Notes under the pieces: model-generated
Seen by the model: only the letters and a program-made list of their open reading frames with translations
What the model was told of the DNA's origin: nothing
The model's database searches: none
Position numbers and translations under genes: made by a program
Part shown: positions 1-11,192 of the stretch, in pieces
Layout: the number at the start of each line of letters is the position of its first letter
How positions within the stretch are numbered: position 1 is the stretch's first letter
Source: Gonapodya sp. JEL0774
Taxonomy: Eukaryota
DNA: 64,000 bases
Assembly: GCA_027604505.1 (NCBI GenBank)
Contig: JADIIX010000010.1
Span: 124,001 to 188,000, forward strand
Direction: 5' to 3'

Positions 1-11
1 CTGTTCCACTC

Positions 12-1709
12 TCACTCTCGTGCACGAGCCGCCCTCCCACGTACCATGACTCCAATCCCTTCTTCTCCCGCTTTACACACCCCCCGCTCCGTTATAAGTG
101 CGGTGACGAGTCGCGCGGGAGTGACGTCAAAGGCGGGGTTCAGGGCTGTCGAGGTAGGGTTGACCGCTCGAACGGTAACGAGTTCATCAGCGGTTGTACT
201 GAATATTGACAAGTGGAACAGAGGTACAAGCGAGGTGATGGGGAGACAAGGGGTTGAAGATCACATGTGCATTGCCCAGGGGAATGATGGAGAGCGTGAA
301 ACAACCCGGTCACACCCACCCCCCAACCATCGTCCCCTGCACTTCCGTAACCTCTGTCTCGTGTCGGAACTCGATGGGTATCTGGTCACCTGACGGCATG
401 GCAAAGTCAATGGTGGACGTTGGGAAAGCCACGTAAAAGGGGACGTGTGTGTCGGCGGCGCAGAGGGAGAGGGAGTAAGTTCCGATTTTGTTACAGACGT
501 CGCCTGTGAGCGAGGGGGGATACGAAGATGGTTGGGGGTGCGAGATGGGAGGAAGAAAAGAGATTGTAGCAAGCAACAATCTCATCAAGGGATTACCTCC
601 AGTTGCTCCAGGACTTGCTTGACTCTTCTACAGATCTCGCGAACCATAATCTATCTTTCCACGAACAGGCTCTCTTAAAGATCTCACGGACTGTACTCTG
701 TCCTTTGACCGACGGACAGTCAGAATATGGAACCCTCTCTGCGCCCTCGTGAAGGCCGCCTCTACTTAGTGAAAATAGTCTGTAAGTCCATGAACCCACC
801 GTTCCTGGCGACCCTGTCCGCCCCCGTAACCACCGCATCGACCCACCCCTGCCTCATCAACCACCCGCCCGCATTATCGGCCACCACGGTATGCGGCACA
901 CCGGCTCTCTGGAGCTCCCATGCCGTCAATCTCGCCCCCTGGAGACGGGGTCGAGTTTCACGGACCCAGACGTGGATGGGAATGCCGAGGCGGTGGGCGG
1001 TGTAGATGGGAGACGTTGCAGTGCCGAGGTGGACGCAGGCAAGGAAGCCAGCGTTGCAGTGTGTGAGGATGTTGAGGCGGGTTGAGTGGGAATCGGTGGT
1101 GGAGTGTCGCGGACCAAGGCGTCGTTTGCGCTCCCAAAGCTGGGAAAAGAGGCGCGCGCCCGATTCCCCGATTCGTTTACACATATCCACGTCCTCTTCA
1201 CATATTGCGTTTGCTTGTCTCAGCAGCTCTGCCACGGCTTTTTCGGGGAGGAGGGAGGAGGCGGTTCCGTCTCTGGACGACACTACGGACTTTGCCAGCG
1301 AAAACTGCTTGTCCACTGCCCAGGCCAGATTCACTGCAGTAGGCCGAGTTGCTTTCAATCGAGTTGCTGCTGCACGGAGCGTTTCGAGGAATGCGGCGGA
1401 TCTTGATGGGGCGGTATCGGTGTACTGCACCCCATGCAATTGGTCGAGGGATTCGGAGGACGCGATGTACATCGCGTATGCCGCTGTCACGCCAATGAGG
1501 GGTGCCCCTCGAACCTGCATGGTTTTAATTGCGAATTCAAAGTCGGCTGACGTAGTGAGTTTGATGGTTTTGAGCAGGAAAGGCAGGCAAGTCTGGTCGA
1601 TGATGTGGACGGACACTTGAGCCTTTGAGTCTGTGGATTTTCCTTGTTCTGTCCAGATTGAGCGGAGATCTGTTCGAGTGTCCAAAGAAGGGGACGCTGA
1701 CTCTGCCAT
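12..1709 (-). CDS. MRI1: Methylthioribose-1-phosphate isomerase (methionine salvage), 3 exons
   Basis: Motifs [58 protein letters not shown] and [20 protein letters not shown] are joined across GT-AG introns (first intron about 504-799). Confidence 0.93.
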
Positions 1710-1786
1710 CGTGTGATAGAATCGACTGGTCGTCACTGGGGAAGAGAAGTGTTGGAAGTCTTTGGCCAGTCGCTCCAAAAGGTTTT

Positions 1787-1810
1787 GGCTCATTTTTCGG
1801 CTCATTTTTC
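1787..1810. repeat. 12-bp tandem direct repeat (GGCTCATTTTTC x2) in the MRI1/reductase divergent intergenic region
   Basis: Directly visible in the sequence. Confidence 0.8.
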
Positions 1811-1879
1811 CACCGCGTCCCCCATGCCCACAGAGTTGTGCTCGGATCTGAATCAACATTTCCTGTAACCACGTCAAAA

Positions 1880-3855
1880 ATGACAGGATCAGCCACCATC
1901 AACACTCGTGTGTATTACAGGAACGTTCCAAAAGTGAGCACAACATGCAGATTGACCCTACTTGTATTCTGCTGGATCGGAACGTCGGATGACTCGAGGC
2001 CGACCGACACGCACCTCACAATTTTTGTTGCCATCCGGGGGTAGGGAGAGGTTCAGCTCACCGACATGGATGTCGTGAAAGAGGACTTTGATGTCAATGC
2101 CCATTCGGAGGCAGGTGGGTGTTCGAATGCGGTGATTGGTGAAAGAGCCATCATTTCACCGCATCAGTCTTATATCAATTCTTCGGCCAGGAACTCTTGT
2201 CCTGCAAAATATCTATCTCTCTTTGGACCCCTATATGCGCCCGGTAAGTGCGGGGACTCGTCTGTTCTTCCGTGGTGCCTGCTGAGACGGCCACCTATCA
2301 TCATTGCCGCAGCGCATGCGCGAGTGAGTCTATCTTCAAGTTTTCCATTCCAACTTATCGTTTCCAAACACCATTCCTAGCCCGTCCATCCCCTCCTACT
2401 CCGCCGCCTTTCAACTCAACGCCCCACTCACGGGTGGCCTCCTCTCCCGCGTCATCAAGTCCAATTCTCCCGATTTCGCCGCCGGCGATGTGGTCAGGGC
2501 ATTTGCTGGGTGGGAGACCTACAGTGTCGTGGATGCTAAGACGGCCACGAAAGTCGCCACTGTGGAGGGAGTGGAACTGAGGCATTTTATGGGAGGTTGG
2601 TTTCTGAATATTTTTCGAAGCAGCTGGATTTGTGTAGAGGATGCCTTGCGTCACGCGTGTATTGTATCGCTTTCAAGCACTCGGAGGAACAGGAATGACA
2701 GCATACTGTGGTCTGAAATGCATCGGGCTTGACCCACCAAAGTCTGGTGAAACGTGAGTGATTCCGGCTGAGTTATGGTATATCCACAACGGGGTCTCAC
2801 CTCTAATGAGCTGCGTGTCTGGTTCCAGCCTGTTTGTTGACGCGGCCGCCGGTGCCACGGGTATCATCGTCGGTATGTGCCCCCCTGCCCCCAGCTTCCC
2901 TCGTCCTCTCGTGCCACATTGCCAATATCTCATTCCTCACCATCTGATCCATTATACAGGCCAACTCGCCAAACAATGGGGCGCCCGAGTCGTGGGCTCC
3001 GCCGGATCTGACGCCAAAGTCTCTATGTTAGTCAAGGAACTTGGATTCGACTACGCGTTCAACTGTGAGTTGATGTGCTCCGTCTCCAAATACATCAAAA
3101 TGGACCACTGAGTTTTCGAACTCACCTCTTCCTTGCGTCATGTCCGTACGCGGCGCTCCAGACAAGACTCCCCCCGGCGGCTCACTTGACGCTGCCATCA
3201 AGGAAGGCGCACCCAACGGTATCGACTTCCTTTTTGAGAACGTGGGTGGTGTGCAGTTCGACGGTGGGTGTTGCAAAATGGCAAACATTGTTAGAAGACA
3301 CCTGATGAAGTCCACGGTTGGGTTTCAGCCCTCTTCCCCCATCTCAACGACAATGCCCGCATCGCGTTCTGTGGGTCTATCAGCAACTACGACAAGGCCC
3401 AGCCTCAGCCGATTTCTAACTAGTACGTTTAACTCGAAGAAAGATAACCGATTGGAATGTCTGAGATTTTGCGTTGGGTAACTTCAATGCATGATTTGTC
3501 CAGCTCTCTGGTAATTGCGAAACGGCTCAAGATCCACGGGTTCATCGTAAGGTGAGGTCTCGGTGTTGAAGGCGTTGGGTTTTCGCGGCATTCATATCTG
3601 CATACTCTCGTATTCCTCCAGCGACCACATCCCAGCCATGCTCCCTGCATTCTTCAAAGAAGTGGTTCCACTTATCGTGTCTGGTAAAGTTATAGCCAAA
3701 GACGATGTGAGGAAAGGGCTTGAGAGGGCGCCAGAATACTTCTTGGATTTGCTCAGAGGTGCGTGATTTAAAGATTGACAGCAGAATTCATGGTTTGCCA
3801 ATCTAGTTCCGCAACTCAAGGTGGTAACACAGGGAAGCTCGTTGTGGAAATTTGA
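1880..3855 (+). CDS. NADP-dependent alkenal/prostaglandin reductase-like oxidoreductase (MDR family), many exons
   Basis: Spliced peptide contains YLSLDPYMRPRMRD, GMTAYCGL, FVDAAAGATG, VVGSAGSDAK, GIDFLFENVGG and C-terminal GGNTGKLVVEI*. Confidence 0.88.
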
Positions 3856-4094
3856 CACATGAGAGTACCAGTTTGAATGTATGAATTCGACGCCACAACT
3901 CACAAATGAAAAACTCATAAAATCTCTAAAACACGTAATGCAATCTGACCCATTAAACACACAATTGAGTGCGGGAATCTGTGAATGTGTGCGGTGCAGT
4001 CATCGAGCATGCAGCCTGCTCCGATAGACTGGATGCTTTATTATTGCGTCCGCCTACCGTCAGTGACTCCTTCCCGCTCCGCCGACAATTCTTC

Positions 4095-4820
4095 TCATCC
4101 TGATCTTAAGCCCGCCAGAAAACCAGCCCCTGTCAAACGTCATCACTCATTCAATGAGGTGCGTTGAGCAAGTGTTCAACTAGATCCCTCAATACTTACC
4201 GAATCCACCGGCAAAGGGCATCCCCCTTGCCATGTACGAGTTGGCTTCGGTCAACGCAATTTCTGCATCTGCGATATCAATCTTGCCATCGTTGTTCAGG
4301 TCGAGATACCGTTTTGCTGTACGGTCGACGGCCAGCCAATCAACCTGAACCAATCCTTTTGAGCTCAAGTACTGACAAAGAACAGGGAGAAGGTTCATGG
4401 TGAGACCAGGGTGTGAATCGCCAGAAGGACGGAACCGACACGGCAAAGTTGGCCGAACACTATCTTCAGTATCCCGTACAAACCCAAGCTCACCTGAAGA
4501 CTCGCAATCCCTGTTCCAGCGACCAGCAGAGCGACCTTGCCAGCCTTTTTTGTGGCAAATCCAGTGGCAAATCCCAAAATCCCGCCAGTGCCCATATCTG
4601 TTCCCATGGCAGCCGCCTTGTCACGGTTCCAGTCTGCAAGATTCACAAGCGGAGGTACGGAAGAGAGAACTTGGGAGTAGTTCTGGGTGGGACCGGACGT
4701 CGAGAGAACAGGAGATTGAATTGGGGACGGGGACTTCGGGGAAGGAGATGATCCAGGAGAAGATGGAGTCCCCCATGCCCATTCCGTCCACGTACGCGTA
4801 GGTGGCGTTGGGGAAGTCAT
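4095..4820 (-). CDS. FUN14: FUN14-domain (FUNDC-like) mitochondrial outer membrane protein, 3 exons
   Basis: GGILGFATGFATKKAGKVALLVAGTGIASLQ|YLSSKGLVQVDW...GGFGAGFLAGLRSG* matches the FUN14 pattern. Confidence 0.85.
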
Positions 4821-5261
4821 ACGAATACCAGGAGAGTAATGATTAAGATGAGCAGGTCCCCAACACTCCGCTGACTGACAGTCGATTCTGTACAGTGTTA
4901 TGAATCGGCCAAACAAAACCTTGTCCAGTCCTCTTCCCAGTTCTCCGGTTCTTTTCACTTGGAACTCAAGTGGAGTCAAGGGTCAATAGTCAAATCCAGT
5001 CTCAATTTGCTAGGTACTCTCGGTAACTATAGCACAATTTATTTGGATCAAGTGCCAAACAGAAGAAGAAACCAAAGACTTTGTCGGATGTGTTTTCGAA
5101 GGATCTGCTTATGACCTGATTTCTTGGAGACGTAGAAAAGGAAAGGTGAATAAATGAAGACAGTGTTTTGCGGGTTTTCAGATCTTCCCACCCTCCATAA
5201 ATTTTGCTTCCGTACACCTCTTTTCCACACCATCACCCAAGTCTTGACGAATCACCAATCA

Positions 5262-7031
5262 ATGGCAACGCAAAGAGTTTCTCAGGTCGCATCGCACCTC
5301 TCGCCTAAGCCCTCGGGCTTCGGGAGAGTCGGAATCAAGGATATGGACGATATCGTCATTGTTGCAGCACTCCGTACGCCAATCACCAAGGCGAACAAGG
5401 GTGGCTTTGCAGAAGCTGGGACCGAGGAATTGCTGGCCGCCGCCCTGGAAGCAGTTGTAAACAAAGCAGGAATTGACAAGTCGCTCGTCACAGATATCGT
5501 CGTCGGGAACGTTCGCATGCCTGGTTGTGAGTCGTTTGTAAAGTGGATTTGCATACTAGTCGCTCTAGCAAAAACTGATGTCTGATGCACTCGCAGCCGC
5601 ATACCAGTGGTCCCGTGTAGCTGCTTTGTATGCAGGGTTTCCCGCTGAGACCAGCGTCTATGCCGTGAATCGCGCATGCTCCTCTGGACTGCAAGCTGTA
5701 GCGAACATGGCCATGGCGATCAAAAGTGGGGTTACCGGGATTGGGATTGGTAAGTTTGGGAGGAAGGTGAAAACCAATGTTGGTTCGGAAAACGATAATT
5801 GTCCCGCTACGCTATTCTCTCGGCATCCTTACGACATTCTAAGCCGGAGGCGCTGAGAGTATGACCCGGGTTGGAAAGACTCCCGTTGCCGACCCAAAGG
5901 ACTATTTTTTTGAGAAGCCTCACGTCGAAGACTGTCTTCTCCCCATGGGGTGAGCTCAATGTCCCGCGAACGTGTCACTCGCGAGCCAGGTTCCTTGCAA
6001 CAATTCCGCTCTATGAAAAATTACAGAATCACTTCGGAAAACGTGGCTGAAGAGTTTGGAGTTTCCCGTCAAAAGCAAGACGACTTCGCGTTCAACTCTT
6101 ACCAAAAAGCCATTGCGGCCCAAAAGAACGGCCTTTTCGACGAAGAGATTATCCCCGTTACCTTTGTAAACAAGTCGGGGCAAAAAGTTACGGTCTCCAA
6201 GGACGACGGAATGAGGCCCACAACCCGTGAAGCTTTGGCCAAGTTGAAGCCTGCTTTCAAACCCACTGGGAGTTCCACCGCCGGAAACTCGTCTCAGGTC
6301 TCAGACGGTGCAGCTGCGGTGCTCATGATGAAGCGCTCCAGGGCGCTGGAGCTTGGATTGAAAGTCCAGGGTAAGCTGTTGTCCTTTGCCGCTGCAGGGG
6401 TTCCACCAAGGTTCGTGGGAATGAGAATTTGTTTCCATTTTGCGTCGCTTCTTGTCGAATCCGATTGAAACATGTTCTCCATTGTAGGATTATGGGGATT
6501 GGACCTGTCTATGCGATCCCCAAGGCTTTAGCTCAGGCTGGCGTTCAAATCTCGGACATTGATATCGTAAGTTTATCGCGATTTTCTCCCTTCATATTCA
6601 GAAGGGTACTAGTTAGGTCTTTACCTGAAAATGGGATCTTTCCAAGTTCGAGATAAATGAGGCGTTTGCATCGCAAGCCATCTATTGCTGCGAGAAATTA
6701 GCTATTCCTTTCGAAAAAGTCAATCCGAAGGGGGGAGCAATTGCCATTGGTCACCGTGAGTTCCTTCTGTCTGGTCAGCTGAGAGATGATTGCCTTCCAA
6801 CCCTCTTGTGGATTACGTCTTCGATGCCAGCTGTGGGAGCTACAGGTGCCCGGCAGGTAGGGACTCTCCTCACTGAGCTGAAACGGACAGGAAAGCAGCT
6901 TGGTGTGATTTCGAGTAAGGGAATGGTTTTGCCGATTTCGTGATCATGGTGCCTCATATTGCTGCCTCTCTTCCCTAGTGTGTGTTGGTTCGGGCCAAGG
7001 AGCTGCTGCAGTGTTAGAGAGGGAGGATTAA
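5262..7031 (+). CDS. POT1: Peroxisomal 3-ketoacyl-CoA thiolase
   Basis: NRACSSGLQA (catalytic Cys), TAGNSSQVSDGAAAV, EINEAFASQ, NPKGGAIAIGHP, CVGSGQGAAAV; N-terminal PTS2 RVSQVASHL. Confidence 0.95.
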
Positions 7032-7443
7032 ATCATTGGTGATAGCTATTGAGTAGGAAGGCAATTCATCCGCGACAAATTGGATATGTGCGTTTGTCGC
7101 TTGACAATCCATGACGTAATCCTTGCAGAACTAAAGCGCATAAGACCGAAAACAAAATTTGTGGAAACACAAGTGAATTGCACATATTATTGTACATGTA
7201 CGTATAAAAAAAGATGTTTGAAAAGGGTGTTTCAGGCTTTGGAAGGATGCGGGGGTGACCAAAAAAGCGTCCGCCTTGGTTTGCCCCAGCCCATCGGTTC
7301 ACCTTGGGAATCGTTTTTCAGAACCGCACAAAATCCACAAGGTCATTGTAAGTCAATTGCTGCTATCGCTGATTATGGTGGTGGTAGAGGATGGTCGTTC
7401 ATGTGAAGCCACGTTATTGTTCCTGGACAGTAAAGTAGTCAGA

Positions 7444-7458
7444 TGCCAAGGCTTGGCA
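7444..7458. promoter_or_regulatory. Inverted pair of PacC/Rim101 consensus sites (TGCCAAG-G-CTTGGCA)
   Basis: Perfect palindrome with a 1-nt spacer; each arm matches GCCARG/TGCCAAG; about 340 bp upstream of the predicted pacC ATG. Confidence 0.6.
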
Positions 7459-7794
7459 CTTGAGTGAACTCAGCTGCACACCGGCAGTTCGCATCTGACC
7501 CTCCCTTTTCGTTTCTTGTGTACCTGTTGCCGTCGGGGTTCTACCGTGCTTCCACGTTGGGGACCCATCTCTTATCGCCGCATCGTCCCTACTGATTTCA
7601 CCGGTGTGGAAATCAATCGCACATCGTCCCCACTGGTCGCACATTCTCTTGGCTTAATCTCCTCCGTATATCCTTTTCTACACGTCGTTTGCGTTCCACT
7701 CGCCGCTCTACAATTTCTCGCACACATGTGTAACAGGATGTTGCTTGCTTGCTCTGCACCCTCTCGACAACCCCAAGTCCAAAACAACGGCATT

Positions 7795-10700
7795 ATGGAC
7801 CTCTCGGTGCTGTCTGACGATTTTGATGACATGGAGCGACTGGATGATCCTGCATTGGATCTGGAAGGATTGCTTAGCGGTCCAACAGAGTTTGCATATC
7901 AGTCTCTACAGCCATTTGCAGAAGCTCCCCGACTGTCATATCAGGATGCTTTAGGCTCGCATCAGATTTCTCAACAAAACCCAGCTGCTCGAGGCACGGA
8001 TGAGCCGTTCGATTCGGACTCAACGCAAATCGTCCCTGTGAACCCTTCCGCCAAAACGGTCATACTGCAGTTCACCGATGGTGCACAGCAAATGATTTCC
8101 TATGCGCCCACCCCTGCTACTGCGACCGATTCTTCTCTTCAGGGCTCAAATGTCGCACTTCCCCTCTCTGTTCCTCACCTTTCACCACAACAGGAGACTG
8201 AGCCTCACCCCCACCTTCTTCAGGTAGAAAATGGACTCAGAGCTCGGCAGCGGAGTCTTAGCACCGACACTGCGAGAAGCCACCGGAGTGGATCCACTCC
8301 GAACGACCCAGGAGGCCCTACCGCTGATAGTCCACACGGGCTCGATGACGATGATGATGGCGAAATGGAGCGTCTTGAGTGCATGTGGGTCGCTCCTTCA
8401 AGGTGCGACCAGGTCTTTTCCGACCCTGAGTCGCTTTATAAACATCTCACCGAAGACCACATTGGGAGGAAGGTGCGTACATCTTCCATGTTCTTTGCTC
8501 GTTTGCTCGGAAGAGAAGACGAATAGCATATTGGTGAATTGTAGACCAAGGGCAATCTTTGCCTCGCTTGCTTCTGGAAAGGTTGTGCGCATATCGGAGA
8601 AACTTTTGGAAAGCGCGATCACGTAACATCACACCTTCGGATTCACGTTCCACTGAAGCCTCATGCTTGCACCGTGAGTGTTGTTGCTAGGATGGATTCT
8701 TCGCTCTTATGTAACAATATGTTGTTCTCAGTTATGCAAGAAAGCATTCAAACGTCCCCAGGACCTTCGCAAGCATGAGCGCAGTCACGCAGAACTCAAA
8801 ACTACCTTGTCAGAGGCTTCCCCTCCCCCTGGCCTCAGTCCGGACCGCAAAATCTCTATTACTGCCCGTTCACCTAGCACCCGATACGGGTCCCTCCCAG
8901 TTCGTGTAAAGCCAGAGCCAGAGGACGATTACGGGGAAACTATTCGTGGCGCGAGGAAATCTGACCGAGGGATTCGTGTGGCGGGAGCTTCGTCCAGAAG
9001 AGGCCAAGGAGGGGTCTTGGGGCCTTCGAGGGGATCGGAGGGTGGAGGTGGGACCATCACTCATTTGTCATCGCGTTCTTTGAGTGACCACCGAAAGTTT
9101 TGATGGGGTCTTTAGATAACCACATTCATGTAGAAAGGGCGGAACAAGTCACTTTTGAACCGGACGATGGAGCGATTTGTAGGTAGCAGCTCCCATTCGA
9201 GTCGAATTTGACGAAGTTCTCAACCCTTTTAATCTGTGACGCTCGGCAGCATCTGGACCGAACAGCGCAGGACATCAGCGTGTGCGCTCAGAGTACAGCG
9301 CCAACCTTCGTATGAAACCATATCCAACCGCATCGGTTTCAATCAACCGCCCGAGTTCCCGGATTGAGTCTCAGACGGCAATTCCTGCCGCCACTTTTGC
9401 CGATTCATTGCCTCCTTCGTTTGCTCCGACCTCCATGATTGGCGATGTTGGTGCTCTGCCAGCGGAATGGTTCCGCAACAGTATTTCATCCTCGATCAAC
9501 GACCAGAACCTCGTTTTTGTTAGGCAGGACGAATCAGCGATCTCTCTCGCCCTGAGCTCACCGGCGGAGTTCGGCCAGTATTACTCTACAATGACTTTGC
9601 CGAACCAGAACCACGATCAAGTCCCGAGCCGAAGTTTTGTTTTCAGTGCCTCTGTACCTGCCCAGCCTCAACGGTCAATGCCGGCCTACGGGAGCTATCA
9701 AACGTATCAATCTAGCCCAATGATTACGTCGATCGGGTATCCTGCTGCTATATCACAAATGGACAGGTACCCCGTCTTTCCTCAGCCCACTATTCGTTAT
9801 CTTATTCCAGCTTTGTCGGCTCCGAATGGGCGACATGGAGAAAGCGCTCCCATTAGTGCTCACGTTCATCAGTACGTTGAGGGCGGTCATGCGAACGGAC
9901 CGGCGAGGAGCGGTGCCTTTCCTCAGCCACAACACACACTTGAAATTCGTGATGTGCATGTTGATAGAATTGGTGGACTGTACGAGTATAACTCCGGAAA
10001 CAGCCGCGCTCTCCAACGAGGCGTTGACCGTCCTGGTGACTCGCCGAGACTCGAAGCCCAAGGTCCACCGCAATCACCGCGTACTTCGAGGCTTCCTGAG
10101 CTCCGCTGGACTGAATCGTCGTCAGCTCAGGAGGATGTAGAGGTGCCTCGAGTCCACCCTGTTTGGAAACCGCAGCCGCCGCGACCGCATGGTCGACCGA
10201 CAGTTGGAGCTTCAAAAACGGATATGTTCGCAAGGGAGGCGTCCAGGGGTTCTGCTATTGGAGAAGGAGTGCACATTGAAGAAAAACGCGAATCGAAAGT
10301 GGGAAGGATTTGGTCAGCAATTAAGAAGGTCTCCACGAGGCCCTTGGGAAAAAAGAGTGGAGAAGCTCCCCCAGTTGTATCCAGAGCAGACTCCGGCGAG
10401 ACAAGACCGGCAGGCGCTTTAGACTTGCTTGCGTCGGTTGCTGCACACATTGGCAGTGAAGCTGAGTCTCGGGCACAACCAATTGCAAGACCTACTCACG
10501 ATCGACGGCGAGGGGCTCCGATCGCCGAATTGATCATGTCTGTGGATCGGTTGAGCTTAGAGTCGAGGGATGCAAACTCGCAACCTGCGTCTCCTCGATC
10601 ATCTCATGACCTTGGGAGGACGCCGGCGACCGACAAAATGGCCCTTGAAGATGACGTTGGACCGAAAGGTCTGGGGAAGAACATGGGATCAACTTTGGAG

Positions 10701-10829
10701 AGGCCAGTTCTTAAGTTTCCTCGCACTGATAGAAATCCATCAGAGAGTGAAATTGACTTAGATGAACAGTTACTTGATGATTTAGCGGGAGAGGAAGTGG
10801 AGGATTGGCATGACATTCTTTCTTCATGA
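7795..10829 (+). CDS. pacC: pH-responsive C2H2 transcription factor PacC/Rim101
   Basis: Spliced three-finger block CMW...[27 protein letters not shown]...[40 protein letters not shown] is the PacC signature; long low-complexity C-terminus. Start codon uncertain. Confidence 0.9.
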
Positions 10830-11192
10830 ACGTTTGTCAGAAATGCATTTACTTTTAGTTGTCGGTGAGCGCGCGAGTGGGGCACAAATGGAAAACAATG
10901 TGTGCAGGTTCTATGTACGTAATGCCGATGAAACATCGTGTGTTCCACTCTTTTCCCTGGCCGATTCTGGTCAATTTTGCGTCGAAACTCATCCAGCTGT
11001 GCTATTGGACATCGAGTAAGTCTGTAGTTATTAATTCTCGCATCCCAAATGCTGTCCCGTGGATGACAATTGCTAAGTCAACTTTGTAGTTGGCAAGTAC
11101 ACCTACCACGACAACTTGATGTAGAATATCCAGATTTAGGCATCTTAAGAAGCGAACACTTCAAGTTGCTCTGTGTTGACTATCAAGGTGCA

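Noticed and set aside
504..799. Longer-than-usual MRI1 intron with a small hairpin (GAGATTGT...ACAATCTC), possible intronic snoRNA or MITE
   Set aside because: No convincing C/D or H/ACA arrangement, terminal inverted repeats or target-site duplication.
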